Source of the DNA: Nemertoderma westbladi
Taxonomy: Eukaryota; Animalia; Xenacoelomorpha
NCBI GenBank assembly: GCA_032718475.1
Contig: JAUCBJ010008467.1
Coordinates: 81,092 to 145,091, forward strand
Direction: 5' to 3'
DNA: 64,000 bases
Each line of letters starts with the position of its first letter. Positions within the stretch are counted from its first letter, which is position 1. Shown piece by piece: positions 1-14,700 of the stretch. The notes below the pieces were generated by a model. That model worked only from the letters and a program-made list of their open reading frames with translations. It was not told the DNA's origin and did no database searches. A program made the translations under genes and the position numbers.

Positions 1-3000
1 GTACTTCAATGCTATGCTCGGGCTACAATAATAACATTTGTACTTCAATGCTATGCTCGGGCTACAATAATAACATTTGTACTTCAATGCTATGCTCGGG
101 CTCGCCCTACAATAATAACATTTGTACTTCAATGCTATGCTCGCCCTACAATAATAACATTTGTAATTCAATGCTATGATCGCCCTACAATAATAACATT
201 TGTACTTCAATGCTATGCTCGGGCGACAATAATAACATTTGTACTTTAATGCTATGCTCGCCCTACAATAATAACATTTGTACTTCAATGCTATGCTCGG
301 GCTACAATAATAACATTTGTACTTCAATGCTATGCTCGTGCTACAATAATAACATTTGTACTTCAATGCTATGCTCGGGCTCGCCCTACAATAATAACAT
401 TTGTACTTCAATGCTATGCTCGCCCTACAATAATAACATTTGTAATTCAATGCTATGATCGCCCTACAATAATAACATTTGTACTTCAATGCTATGCTCG
501 GGCTACAATAATAACATTTGTACTTCAATGCTATGCTCGGGCTACAATAATAACATTTGTACTTCAATGCTATGCTCGTGCTACAATAATAACATTTGTA
601 CTTCAATGCTATGCTCGGGCTCGCCCTACAATAATAACATTTGTACTTCAATGCTATGCTCGCCCTACAATAATAACATTTGTAATTCAATGCTATGATC
701 GCCCTACAATAATAACATTTGTACTTCAATGCTATGCTCGGGCTACAATAATAACATTTGTACTTCAATGCTATGCTCGCCCTACAATAATAACATTTGT
801 ACTTCAATGCTATGCTCGGGCTACAATAATAATATTTGTACTTCAATGCTATGCTCGGGCTACAATAATAACATTTGTACTTCAATGCTATGCTCGGGCT
901 CGCCCTACAATAATAACATTTGTACTTCAATGCTATGCTCGGGCTACAATAATAACATTTGTACTTCAATGCTATGCTCGGGCTACAATAATAACTTTTG
1001 TACTTCAATGCTATGCTCGCCCTACAATAATAACATTAGTACTTCAATGCTATGCTTGGGCTACAATAATAACATTTGTACTTCAATGCTATGCTCGCCC
1101 TACAATAATAACATTTGTACGTCAATGCTATGCTCGGGCTCGCCCTACAATAATAACATTTGTACTTCAATGCTATGCTCGGGCTACAATAATAACATTT
1201 GTACTTCAATGCTATGCTCGCCCTACAATAATAACATTTGTACTTCAATGCTATGCTCGGGCTCGCCCTACAATAATAACATTTGTACTTCAATGCTATG
1301 CTCGGGCTCGCCCTACAATAATAACATTTGTACTTCAATGCTATGCTCGGGCTACAATAATAACATTTGTACTTCAATGCTATGCTCGGGCTCGCCCTAC
1401 AATAATAACATTTGTACTTCAATGCTATGCTCGGGCTCGCCCTACAATAATAACATTTGTACTTCAATGCTATGCTCGGGCTCGCCCTACAATAATAACA
1501 TTTGTACTTCAATGCTATGCTCGGGCTCGCCCTACAATAATAACATTTGTATTTCAATGCTATGCTCGCCCTACAATAATAACATTTGTACTACAATGCT
1601 ATGCTCGGGCTCGCCCTACAATAATAACATTTGTACTTCAATGCTATGCTCGGGCTACAATAATAACATTTGTACTTCAATGCTATGCTCGCCCTACATT
1701 AATAACATTTGTACTTCAATGCTATGCTCGCCCTACATTAATAACATTTGTACTTCAATGCTATGCTCGGGCTCGCCCTACAATAATAACATTTGTACTT
1801 CAATGCTATGCTCGCCCAACAATAATAACATTTGTACTACAATGCTATGCTCGGGCTCGCCCTACAATAATAACATTTGTACTTCAATGCTATGCTCGGG
1901 CTCGCCCTACAATAATAACATTTGTACTTCAATGCTATGCTCGCCCTACATTAATAACATTTGTAATTCAATGCTATGCTCTTCCTACAATAATAACATT
2001 TGTACTTCAATGCTATGCTCGCCCTACAATAATAACATTTGTACTTCAATGCTATGCTCGTCCTACAATAATAACATTTGTACTTCAATGCTATGCTCGG
2101 GCTACAATAATAACATTTGTACTTCAATGCTATGCTCGGGCTACAATAATAACATTTGTACTTCAATGCTATGCTCGGGCTCGCCCTACAATAATAACAT
2201 TTGTACTTCAATGCTATGCTCGGGCTACAATAATAACATTTGTGCTTCAATGCTATGCTCGGGCTACAATAATAACATTTGTACTTCAATGCTATGCTCG
2301 GGCTCGCCCTACAATAATAACATTTGTACTTCAATGCTATGCTCGGACTACAATAATAACATTTGTACTTCAATGCTATACTCGGGCTCGCCCTACAATA
2401 ATAACATTTGTACTTCAATGCTATGCTCGCCCTACAATAATAACATTTGTACTTCAATGCTATGCTCGGGCTCGCCCTACAATAATAACATTTGTACTTC
2501 AATGCTATGCTCGGGCTCGCCCTACAATAATAACATTTGTACTTCAATGCTATGCTCGGGCTCGCCCTACAATAATAACATTTGTACTTTAATGCTAAGC
2601 TCGGGCTCGCCCTACAATAATAACATTTGTACTTCAATGCTATGCTCGTGCTCGCCCTACAATAATAACATTTGTACTTCAATGCTATGCTCGGGTTCGC
2701 CCTACAATAATAACATTTGTACTTCAATGCTATGCTCGGGCTCGCCCTACAATAATAACATTTGTACTTCAAAGCTATGCTGGGGCTCGCCCTACAATAA
2801 TAACATTTGTACTTCAATTCTATGCTCGGGCTCGCCCTACAATAATAACATTTGTACTTCAATGCTATGCTCGGGCTCGCCCTACAATAATAACATTTGT
2901 ACTTCAATGCTATGCTCGGGCTACAATAATAACATTTGTACTTCAATGCTATGCTCGCCCTACAATAATAACATTTGTACTTCAATGCTATGCTCGGGCT

Positions 3001-5768
3001 CGCCCTACAATAATAACATTTGTACTTCAATGCTATGCTCGGGCTACAATAATAACATTTGTACGTCAATGCTGTGCTCGGCCTCGCCCTACAATAATAA
3101 CATTTGTACTTCAATGCTATGCTCGCCCTACAATAATAACATTTGTACTTCAATGCTATGCTCGGGCTCGCCCTACAATAATAACATTTGTACTTCAATG
3201 CTATGCTCGGGCTACAATAATAACATTTGTACTTGAATGCTATGCTCGGGCTACAATAATAACATTTGTACTTCAATGCTATGCTCGGGCTACAACAATA
3301 ACATTTGTACTTCAATGCTATGCTCGGGCTTCAATAATAACATTTGTACTTCAATGCTATGCTCGGGCTACAATAATAACATTTGTACTTCAATGCTATG
3401 CTCGGGCTACAATAATAACATTTGTACTTCAATGCTATGCTCGGGCTACAATAATAACATTTGTACTTCAATGCTATGCTCGGGCTACAATAATAACATT
3501 TGTACTTCAATGCTATGCTCGGGCTACAATAATAACATTTGTACTTCAATGATATGCTCGGGCTCGCCCTACAATAATAACATTTGTAATTCAATGCTAT
3601 GATCGCCCTACAATAATAACATTTGTACTTCAATGCTATGCTCGGGCTACAATAATAACATTTGTACTTCAATGCTATGCTCGCCCTACAATAATAACAT
3701 TTGTACTTCAATGCTATGTTCGGGCTACAATAATAACATTTGTACTTCAATGCTATGCTCGGGCTACAATAATAACATTTGTACTTCAATGCTATGCTCG
3801 CCCTACAATAATAACATTTGTACTTCAATGCTATGCTCGGGCTTGCCCTACAATAATAACATTTGTACTTCAAAGCTATGCTCGGGCTCGCCCTACAATA
3901 ATAACGTTTGTACTTCAATGCTATGCTCGGGCTACAATAATAACATTTGTACTTCAATGCTATGCTCGGGCTACAATAATAACATTTGTACTTCAATGCT
4001 ATGCTCGGGCTCGCCCTACAATAATAACATTTGTACTTCAATGCTATGCTCGCCCTACAATAATAACATTTGTAATTCAATGCTATGATCGCCCTACAAT
4101 AATAACATTTGTACTTCAATGCTATGCTCGGGCGACAATAATAACATTTGTACTTCAATGCTATGCTCGCCCTACAATAATAACATTTGTACTTCAATGC
4201 TATGCTCGGGCTACAATAATAACATTTGTACTTCAATGCTATGCTCGTGCTACAATAATAACATTTGTACTTCAATGCTATGCTCGGGCTCGCCCTACAA
4301 TAATAACATTTGTACTTCAATGCTATGCTCGCCCTACAATAATAACATTTGTAATTCAATGCTATGATCGCCCTACAATAATAACATTTGTAATTCAATG
4401 CTATGATCGCCCTACAATAATAACATTTGTACTTCAATGCTATGCTCGGGCTACAATAATAACATTTGTACTTCAATGCTATGCTCGCCCTACAATAATA
4501 ACATTTGTACTTCAATGCTATGCTCGGGCTACAATAATAATATTTGTACTTCAATGCTATGCTCGGGCTACAATAATAACATTTGTACTTCAATGCTATG
4601 CTCGGGCTCGCCCTACAATAATAACATTTGTACTTCAATGCTATGCTCGGGCTACAATAATAACATTTGTACTTCAATGCTATGCTCGGGCTACAATAAT
4701 AACTTTTGTACTTCAATGCTATGCTCGCCCTACAATAATAACATTAGTACTTCAATGCTATGCTTGGGCTACAATAATAACATTTGTACTTCAATGCTAT
4801 GCTCGCCCTACAATAATAACATTTGTACGTCAATGCTATGCTCGGGCTCGCCCTACAATAATAACATTTGTACTTCAATGCTATGCTCGGGCTACAATAA
4901 TAACATTTGTACTTCAATGCTATGCTCGCCCTACAATAATAACATTTGTACTTCAATGCTATGCTCGGGCTCGCCCTACAATAATAACATTTGTACTTCA
5001 ATGCTATGCTCGGGCTCGCCCTACAATAATAACATTTGTACTTCAATGCTATGCTCGGGCTACAATAATAACATTTGTACTTCAATGCTATGCTCGGGCT
5101 CGCCCTACAATAATAACATTTGTACTTCAATGCTATGCTCGGGCTCGCCCTACAATAATAACATTTGTACTTCAATGCTATGCTCGGGCTCGCCCTACAA
5201 TAATAACATTTGTACTTCAATGCTATGCTCGGGCTCGCCCTACAATAATAACATTTGTATTTCAATGCTATGCTCGCCCTACAATAATAACATTTGTACT
5301 ACAATGCTATGCTCGGGCTCGCCCTACAATAATAACATTTGTACTTCAATGCTATGCTCGGGCTACAATAATAACATTTGTACTTCAATGCTATGCTCGC
5401 CCTACATTAATAACATTTGTACTTCAATGCTATGCTCGCCCTACATTAATAACATTTGTACTTCAATGCTATGCTCGGGCTCGCCCTACAATAATAACAT
5501 TTGTACTTCAATGCTATGCTCGCCCAACAATAATAACATTTGTACTACAATGCTATGCTCGGGCTCGCCCTACAATAATAACATTTGTACTTCAATGCTA
5601 TGCTCGGGCTCGCCCTACAATAATAACATTTGTACTTCAATGCTATGCTCGCCCTACATTAATAACATTTGTAATTCAATGCTATGCTCTTCCTACAATA
5701 ATAACATTTGTACTTCAATGCTATGCTCGCCCTACAATAATAACATTTGTACTTCAATGCTATGCTCG
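1..5768. repeat. Segmental duplication: about 1-2060 repeated at about 3910-5768 (offsets 3909 then 3708)
   Basis: Identical ORF-track entries at 1036..1557 and 4744..5265 (offset 3708), and near-identical 210..458 and 4119..4367 (offset 3909). Same ordered rare variants (GGCGAC, GTGCTAC, AACTTTTG, ATTAGT, TTGGGC, ACGTCA, CCCAAC, CTCTTCC). Match ends at 2061 (T) versus 5769 (C). Confidence 0.88.
180..740. repeat. Local 279-bp (7-monomer) tandem duplication
   Basis: The rare variant pair TGTAATTCA + CTATGATCG occurs at about 165-180, 444-459 and 684-699. The GTGCTAC variant occurs at about 339 and 579. ORF starts 210 and 489 are 279 apart. The second copy is one monomer shorter (240-bp marker spacing). 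Boundaries approximate. Confidence 0.7.
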
Positions 5769-8700
5769 CCCTACAATAATAACATTTGTACTTCAATGCT
5801 ATGCTCGCCCTACAATAATAACATTTGTACTTTAATGCTATGCTCGAGCTCGCCCTACAATAATAACATTTGTACTTCAATGCTATGCTCGGGCTACAAT
5901 AATAACATTTGTACTTCAATGCTATGCTCGGGCTACAATAATAACATTTGTACTTCAATGCTATGCTCGGGCTCGCCCTACAATAATAACATTTGTACTT
6001 CAATGCTATGCTCGGGCTACAATAATAACATTTGTACTTCAATGCTATGCTCGGGCTACAATAATAACATTTGTACTTCAATGCTATGCTCGCCCTACAA
6101 TAATAACATTTGCACTTCAATGCTATGCTCGGGCTACAATAATAACATTTGTACTTCAATGCTATGCTCGGGCTACAATAATAACATTTGTACTTCAATG
6201 CTATGCTCGGGCTACAATAATAACATTTGTACTTCAATGTTATGCTCGGGCTACAATAATAACATTTGTACTTCAATGCTATGCTTGGGCTCGCCCTACA
6301 ATAATAACATTTGTACTTCAATGCTATGCTCGGGCTACAATAATAAAATTTGTACTTCAATGCTATGCTCGGGCTACAATAATAACATTTGTACTTCAAT
6401 GATATGCTCGCCCTACAATAATAACATTTGTACTTCAATGCTATGCTCGGGCTACAATAATAACATTTGTACTTCAATGCTATGCTCGGGCTACAATAAT
6501 AACAATTGTACTTCAATGCTATGCTCGGGCTACAATAATAACATTTGTACTTCAATGCTATACTCGGGCTACAATAATAACATTTGTACTTCAATGCTAT
6601 GCTTGGGCTCGCCCTACAATAATAACATTTGTACTTCAATGCTATGCTCGGGCTACAATAATAAAATTTGTACTTCAATGCTATGCTCGGGCTACAATAA
6701 TAACATTTGTACTTCAATGCTATGCTCGGGCTCGCCCTACAATAATAACATTTGTACTTCAATGCTATGCTCGGGCTACAATAATAACATTTGTACTTCA
6801 ATGCTATGCTCGGGCTCGCCCTACAATAATAACATTTGTACTTCAATGCTATGCTCGGGCTACAATAATAACATTTGTACTTCAATGCTATGCTCGGGCT
6901 ACAATAATAACTTTTGTACTTCAATGCTATGCTCGCCCTACAATAATAACATTTGTACTTCAATGCTATGCTCGGGCTACAATAATAACATTTGTACTTC
7001 AATGCTATGCTCGGGCTACAATAATAACATTTGTACTTCAATGCTATGCTCGGGCTCGCCCTACAATAATAATATTTGTACTTCAATGCTATGCTCGGGC
7101 TACAATAATAATATTTGTACTTCAATGCTATGCTCGGGCTACAATAATAACATTTGTACTTCAATGCTATGCTCGGGCTCGCCCTACAATAATAACATTT
7201 GTACTTCAATGCTATGCTCGGGCTACAATAATAACATTTGTATTTCAATGCTATGCTCGGGCTCGCCCTACAATAATAACATTTGTACTTCAATGCTATG
7301 CTCGGGCTACAATAATAACATTTGTACTTCAATGCTATGCTCGGGCTACAATAATAACATTTGTACTTCAATGCTATGCTCGCCCTACAATAATAACATT
7401 TGTACTTCAATGCTATGCTCGGGCTACAATAATAACATTTGTACTTCAATGCTATGCTCGGGCTCGCCCTACAATAATAACATTTGTACTTCAATGCTAT
7501 GCTCGGGCTACAATAATAACATTTGTACTTCAATGCTATGCTCGGACTCGCCCTACAATAATAACATTTGTACTTCAATGCTATGCTCGGGCTACAATAA
7601 TAACATTTGTACTTCAATGCTATGCTCGGGCTACAATAATAACATTTGTACTTCAATGCTATGCTCGGGCTACAATAATAACATTTGTACTTCAATGCTA
7701 TGCTCGGGCTACAATAATAACATTTGTACTTCAATGCTATGCTCGCTCTACAATAATAACATTTGTACTTCAATGCTATGCTCGGGCTCGCCCTACAATA
7801 ATAACATTTGTACTTCAATGCTATGCTCGCCCTACAATAATAACATTTGTACTTCAATGCTATGCTCGGCTCGCCCTACAATAATAACATTTGTACTTCA
7901 ATGCTATGCTCGGGCTCGCCCTACAATAATAACATTTGTACTTCAATGCTATGCTCGCCCTACAATAATAACATTTGTACTTCAATGCTATGCTCGGGCT
8001 CGCCCTACAATAATAACATTTGTACTTCAATGCTATGCTCGCCATACAATAATAACATTTGTACTTCAATGCTATGCTCGCCCTACAATAATAACATTTG
8101 TACTTCAATGCTATGCTCGGGCTCGCCCTACAATAATAACATTTGTACTTCAATGCTATGCTCGACCTACATTAATAACATTTGTACTTCAATGCTATGC
8201 TCGCCCTACAATAATAACATTTGTTCTTCAATGCTATGCTCGCCCTACAATAATAACATTTGTACTTCAATGCTATGCTCGGGCTCGCCCTACAATAATA
8301 ACATTTGTACTTCAATGCTATGCTCGCCCTACAATAATAACATTTGTACTTCAATGCTATGCTCGGGCTCGCCCTACAATAATAACATTTGTACTTCAAT
8401 GCTATGCTTGCCCTACAATAATAACATTTGTACTTCAATGCTATGCTCGGGCTACAATAATAACATTTGTATTTCAATGCTATGCTCGGGCTACAATAAT
8501 AACATTTGTACTTCAATGCTATGCTCGGGCTACAATAATAACATTTGTACTTCAATGCTATGCTCGGGCTCGCCCTACAATAATAACATTTGTACTTCAA
8601 TGCTATGCTCGGGCTACAATAATAACATTTGTACTTCAATGCTATGCTCGCCCTACAATAATAACATGTGTACTTCAATGCTATGCTCGGGCTCGCCCTA

Positions 8701-11700
8701 CAATAATAACATTAGTACTTCAATGCTATGCTTGGGCTACAATAATAACATTTGTACTTCAATGCTATGCTCGCCCTACAATAATAACATTTGTACGTCA
8801 ATGCTATGCTCGGGCTCGCCCTACAATAATAACATTTGTACTTCAATGCTATGCTCGGGCTACAATAATAACATTTGTACTTCAATGCTATGCTCGCCCT
8901 ACAATAATAACATTTGTACTTCAATGCTATGCTCGGGCTCGCCCTACAATAATAACATTTGTACTTCAATGCTATGCTCGGGCTCGCCCTGCAATAATAA
9001 CATTTGTACTTCAATGCTATGCTCGGGCTACAATAATAACATTTGTACTTCAATGCTATGCTCGGGCTCGCCCTACAATAATAACATTTGTACTTCAATG
9101 CTATGCTCGGGCTCGCCCTACAATAATAACATTTGTACTTCAATGCTATGCTCGGGCTCGCCCTACAATAATAACATTTGTACTTCAATGCTATGCTCGG
9201 GCTCGCCCTACAATAATAACATTTGTATTTCAATGCTATGCTCGCCCTACAATAATAACATTTGTACTACAATGCTATGCTCGGGCTCGCCCTACAATAA
9301 TAACATTTGTACTTCAATGCTATGCTCGGGCTACAATAATAACATTTGTACTTCAATGCTATGCTCGCCCTACATTAATAACATTTGTACTTCAATGCTA
9401 TGCTCGCCCTACATTAATAACATTTGTACTTCAATGCTATGCTCGGGCTCGCCCTACAATAATAACATTTGTACTTCAATGCTATGCTCGCCCTACAATA
9501 ATAACATTTGTACTACAATGCTATGCTCGGGCTCGCCCTACAATAATAACATTTGTACTTCAATGCTATGCTCGGGCTCGCCCTACAATAATAACATTTG
9601 TACTTCAATGCTATGCTCGCCCTACATTAATAACATTTGTAATTCAATGCTATGCTCTTCCTACAATAATAACATTTGTACTTCAATGCTATGCTCGCCC
9701 TACAATAATAACATTTGTACTTCAATGCTATGCTCGCCCTACAATAATAACATTTGTACTTCAATGCTATGCTCGCCCTACAATAATAACATTTGTACTT
9801 TAATGCTATGCTCGAGCTCGCCCTACAATAATAACATTTGTACTTCAATGCTATGCTCGGGCTACAATAATAACATTTGTACTTCAATGCTATGCTCGGG
9901 CTACAATAATAACATTTGTACTTCAATGCTATGCTCGGGCTCGCCCTACAATAATAACATTTGTACTTCAATGCTATGCTCGGGCTACAATAATAACATT
10001 TGTACTTCAATGCTATGCTTGCCCTACAATAATAACATTTGTACTTCAATGCTATGCTCGGGCTAAAATAATAACATTTGTACTTCAATGCTATACTCGG
10101 GCTACAATAATAACTTTTGTACTTCAATGCTATGCTCGCCCTACAATAATAACATTAGTACTTCAATGCTATGCTTGGGCTACAATAATAACATTTGTAC
10201 TTCAATGCTATGCTCGGGCTACAATAATAACATTTGTACTTCAATGCTATGCTCGGGCTCGCCCTACAATAATAACATTTGTACTTCAATGCTATGCTCG
10301 GGCTACAATAATAATATTTGTACTTCAATGCTATGCTCGGGCTACAATAATAACATTTGTACTTCAATGCTATGCTCGGGCTCGCCCTACAATAATAACA
10401 TTTGTACTTCAATGCTATGCTCGGGCTACAATAATAACATTTGTACTTCAATGCTATGCTCGGGCTACAATAATAACTTTTGTACTTCAATGCTATGCTC
10501 GCCCTACAATAATAACATTAGTACTTCAATGCTATGCTTGGGCTACAATAATAACATTTGTACTTCAATGCTATGCTCGCCCTACAATAATAACATTTGT
10601 ACGTCAATGCTATGCTCGGGCTCGCCCTACAATAATAACATTTGTACTTCAATGCTATGCTCGGGCTACAATAATAACATTTGTACTTCAATGCTATGCT
10701 CGCCCTACAATAATAACATTTGTACTTCAATGCTATGCTCGGGCTCGCCCTACAATAATAACATTTGTACTTCAATGCTATGCTCGGGCTCGCCCTACAA
10801 TAATAACATTTGTACTTCAATGCTATGCTCGGGCTACAATAATAACATTTGTACTTCAATGCTATGCTCGGGCTCGCCCTACAATAATAACATTTGTACT
10901 TCAATGCTATGCTCGGGCTCGCCCTACAATAATAACATTTGTACTTCAATGCTATGCTCGGGCTCGCCCTACAATAATAACATTTGTACTTCAATGCTAT
11001 GCTCGGGCTCGCCCTACAATAATAACATTTGTATTTCAATGCTATGCTCGCCCTACAATAATAACATTTGTACTACAATGCTATGCTCGGGCTCGCCCTA
11101 CAATAATAACATTTGTACTTCAATGCTATGCTCGGGCTACAATAATAACATTTGTACTTCAATGCTATGCTCGCCCTACATTAATAACATTTGTACTTCA
11201 ATGCTATGCTCGCCCTACATTAATAACATTTGTACTTCAATGCTATGCTCGGGCTCGCCCTACAATAATAACATTTGTACTTCAATGCTATGCTCGCCCA
11301 ACAATAATAACATTTGTACTACAATGCTATGCTCGGGCTCGCCCTACAATAATAACATTTGTACTTCAATGCTATGCTCGGGCTCGCCCTACAATAATAA
11401 CATTTGTACTTCAATGCTATGCTCGCCCTACATTAATAACATTTGTAATTCAATGCTATGCTCTTCCTACAATAATAACATTTGTACTTCAATGCTATGC
11501 TCGCCCTACAATAATAACATTTGTACTTCAATGCTATGCTCGCCCTACAATAATAACATTTGTACTTCAATGCTATGCTCGCCCTACAATAATAACATTT
11601 GTACTTTAATGCTATGCTCGAGCTCGCCCTACAATAATAACATTTGTACTTCAATGCTATGCTCGGGCTACAATAATAACATTTGTACTTCAATGCTATG

Positions 11701-14700
11701 CTCGGGCTACAATAATAACATTTGTACTTCAATGCTATGCTCGGGCTCGCCCTACAATAATAACATTTGTACTTCAATGCTATGCTCGGGCTACAATAAT
11801 AACATTTGTACTTCAATGCTATGCTCGGGCTACAATAATAACATTTGTACTTCAATGCTATGCTCGCCCTACAATAATAACATTTGCACTTCAATGCTAT
11901 GCTCGGGCTACAATAATAACATTTGTACTTCAATGCTATGCTCGGGCTACAATAATAACATTTGTACTTCAATGCTATGCTCGGGCTACAATAATAACAT
12001 TTGTACTTCAATGTTATGCTCGGGCTACAATAATAACATTTGTACTTCAATGCTATGCTTGGGCTCGCCCTACAATAATAACATTTGTACTTCAATGCTA
12101 TGCTCGGGCTACAATAATAAAATTTGTACTTCAATGCTATGCTCGGGCTACAATAATAACATTTGTACTTCAATGATATGCTCGCCCTACAATAATAACA
12201 TTTGTACTTCAATGCTATGCTCGGGCTACAATAATAACATTTGTACTTCAATGCTATGCTCGGGCTACAATAATAACAATTGTACTTCAATGCTATGCTC
12301 GGGCTACAATAATAACATTTGTACTTCAATGCTATACTCGGGCTACAATAATAACATTTGTACTTCAATGCTATGCTTGGGCTCGCCCTACAATAATAAC
12401 ATTTGTACTTCAATGCTATGCTCGGGCTACAATAATAAAATTTGTACTTCAATGCTATGCTCGGGCTACAATAATAACATTTGTACTTCAATGCTATGCT
12501 CGGGCTCGCCCTACAATAATAACATTTGTACTTCAATGCTATGCTCGGGCTACAATAATAACATTTGTACTTCAATGCTATGCTCGGGCTCGCCCTACAA
12601 TAATAACATTTGTACTTCAATGCTATGCTCGGGCTACAATAATAACATTTGTACTTCAATGCTATGCTCGGGCTACAATAATAACTTTTGTACTTCAATG
12701 CTATGCTCGCCCTACAATAATAACATTTGTACTTCAATGCTATGCTCGGGCTACAATAATAACATTTGTACTTCAATGCTATGCTCGGGCTACAATAATA
12801 ACATTTGTACTTCAATGCTATGCTCGGGCTCGCCCTACAATAATAATATTTGTACTTCAATGCTATGCTCGGGCTACAATAATAATATTTGTACTTCAAT
12901 GCTATGCTCGGGCTACAATAATAACATTTGTACTTCAATGCTATGCTCGGGCTCGCCCTACAATAATAACATTTGTACTTCAATGCTATGCTCGGGCTAC
13001 AATAATAACATTTGTATTTCAATGCTATGCTCGGGCTCGCCCTACAATAATAACATTTGTACTTCAATGCTATGCTCGGGCTACAATAATAACATTTGTA
13101 CTTCAATGCTATGCTCGGGCTACAATAATAACATTTGTACTTCAATGCTATGCTCGCCCTACAATAATAACATTTGTACTTCAATGCTATGCTCGGGCTA
13201 CAATAATAACATTTGTACTTCAATGCTATGCTCGGGCTCGCCCTACAATAATAACATTTGTACTTCAATGCTATGCTCGGGCTACAATAATAACATTTGT
13301 ACTTCAATGCTATGCTCGGACTCGCCCTACAATAATAACATTTGTACTTCAATGCTATGCTCGGGCTACAATAATAACATTTGTACTTCAATGCTATGCT
13401 CGGGCTACAATAATAACATTTGTACTTCAATGCTATGCTCGGGCTACAATAATAACATTTGTACTTCAATGCTATGCTCGGGCTACAATAATAACATTTG
13501 TACTTCAATGCTATGCTCGCTCTACAATAATAACATTTGTACTTCAATGCTATGCTCGGGCTCGCCCTACAATAATAACATTTGTACTTCAATGCTATGC
13601 TCGCCCTACAATAATAACATTTGTACTTCAATGCTATGCTCGGCTCGCCCTACAATAATAACATTTGTACTTCAATGCTATGCTCGGGCTCGCCCTACAA
13701 TAATAACATTTGTACTTCAATGCTATGCTCGCCCTACAATAATAACATTTGTACTTCAATGCTATGCTCGGGCTCGCCCTACAATAATAACATTTGTACT
13801 TCAATGCTATGCTCGCCATACAATAATAACATTTGTACTTCAATGCTATGCTCGCCCTACAATAATAACATTTGTACTTCAATGCTATGCTCGGGCTCGC
13901 CCTACAATAATAACATTTGTACTTCAATGCTATGCTCGACCTACATTAATAACATTTGTACTTCAATGCTATGCTCGCCCTACAATAATAACATTTGTTC
14001 TTCAATGCTATGCTCGCCCTACAATAATAACATTTGTACTTCAATGCTATGCTCGGGCTCGCCCTACAATAATAACATTTGTACTTCAATGCTATGCTCG
14101 CCCTACAATAATAACATTTGTACTTCAATGCTATGCTCGGGCTCGCCCTACAATAATAACATTTGTACTTCAATGCTATGCTTGCCCTACAATAATAACA
14201 TTTGTACTTCAATGCTATGCTCGGGCTACAATAATAACATTTGTATTTCAATGCTATGCTCGGGCTACAATAATAACATTTGTACTTCAATGCTATGCTC
14301 GGGCTACAATAATAACATTTGTACTTCAATGCTATGCTCGGGCTCGCCCTACAATAATAACATTTGTACTTCAATGCTATGCTCGGGCTACAATAATAAC
14401 ATTTGTACTTCAATGCTATGCTCGCCCTACAATAATAACATGTGTACTTCAATGCTATGCTCGGGCTCGCCCTACAATAATAACATTAGTACTTCAATGC
14501 TATGCTTGGGCTACAATAATAACATTTGTACTTCAATGCTATGCTCGCCCTACAATAATAACATTTGTACGTCAATGCTATGCTCGGGCTCGCCCTACAA
14601 TAATAACATTTGTACTTCAATGCTATGCTCGGGCTACAATAATAACATTTGTACTTCAATGCTATGCTCGCCCTACAATAATAACATTTGTACTTCAATG

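Noticed and set aside
729-3236. Cys/Thr-rich 13-aa repeat as a beetle-type antifreeze, metallothionein or keratin-associated protein
   Set aside because: Cys spacing (CTSMLC) does not match the Tenebrio AFP CTxSxxC repeat. There is no signal peptide or terminus, and this frame carries amplified stop codons.
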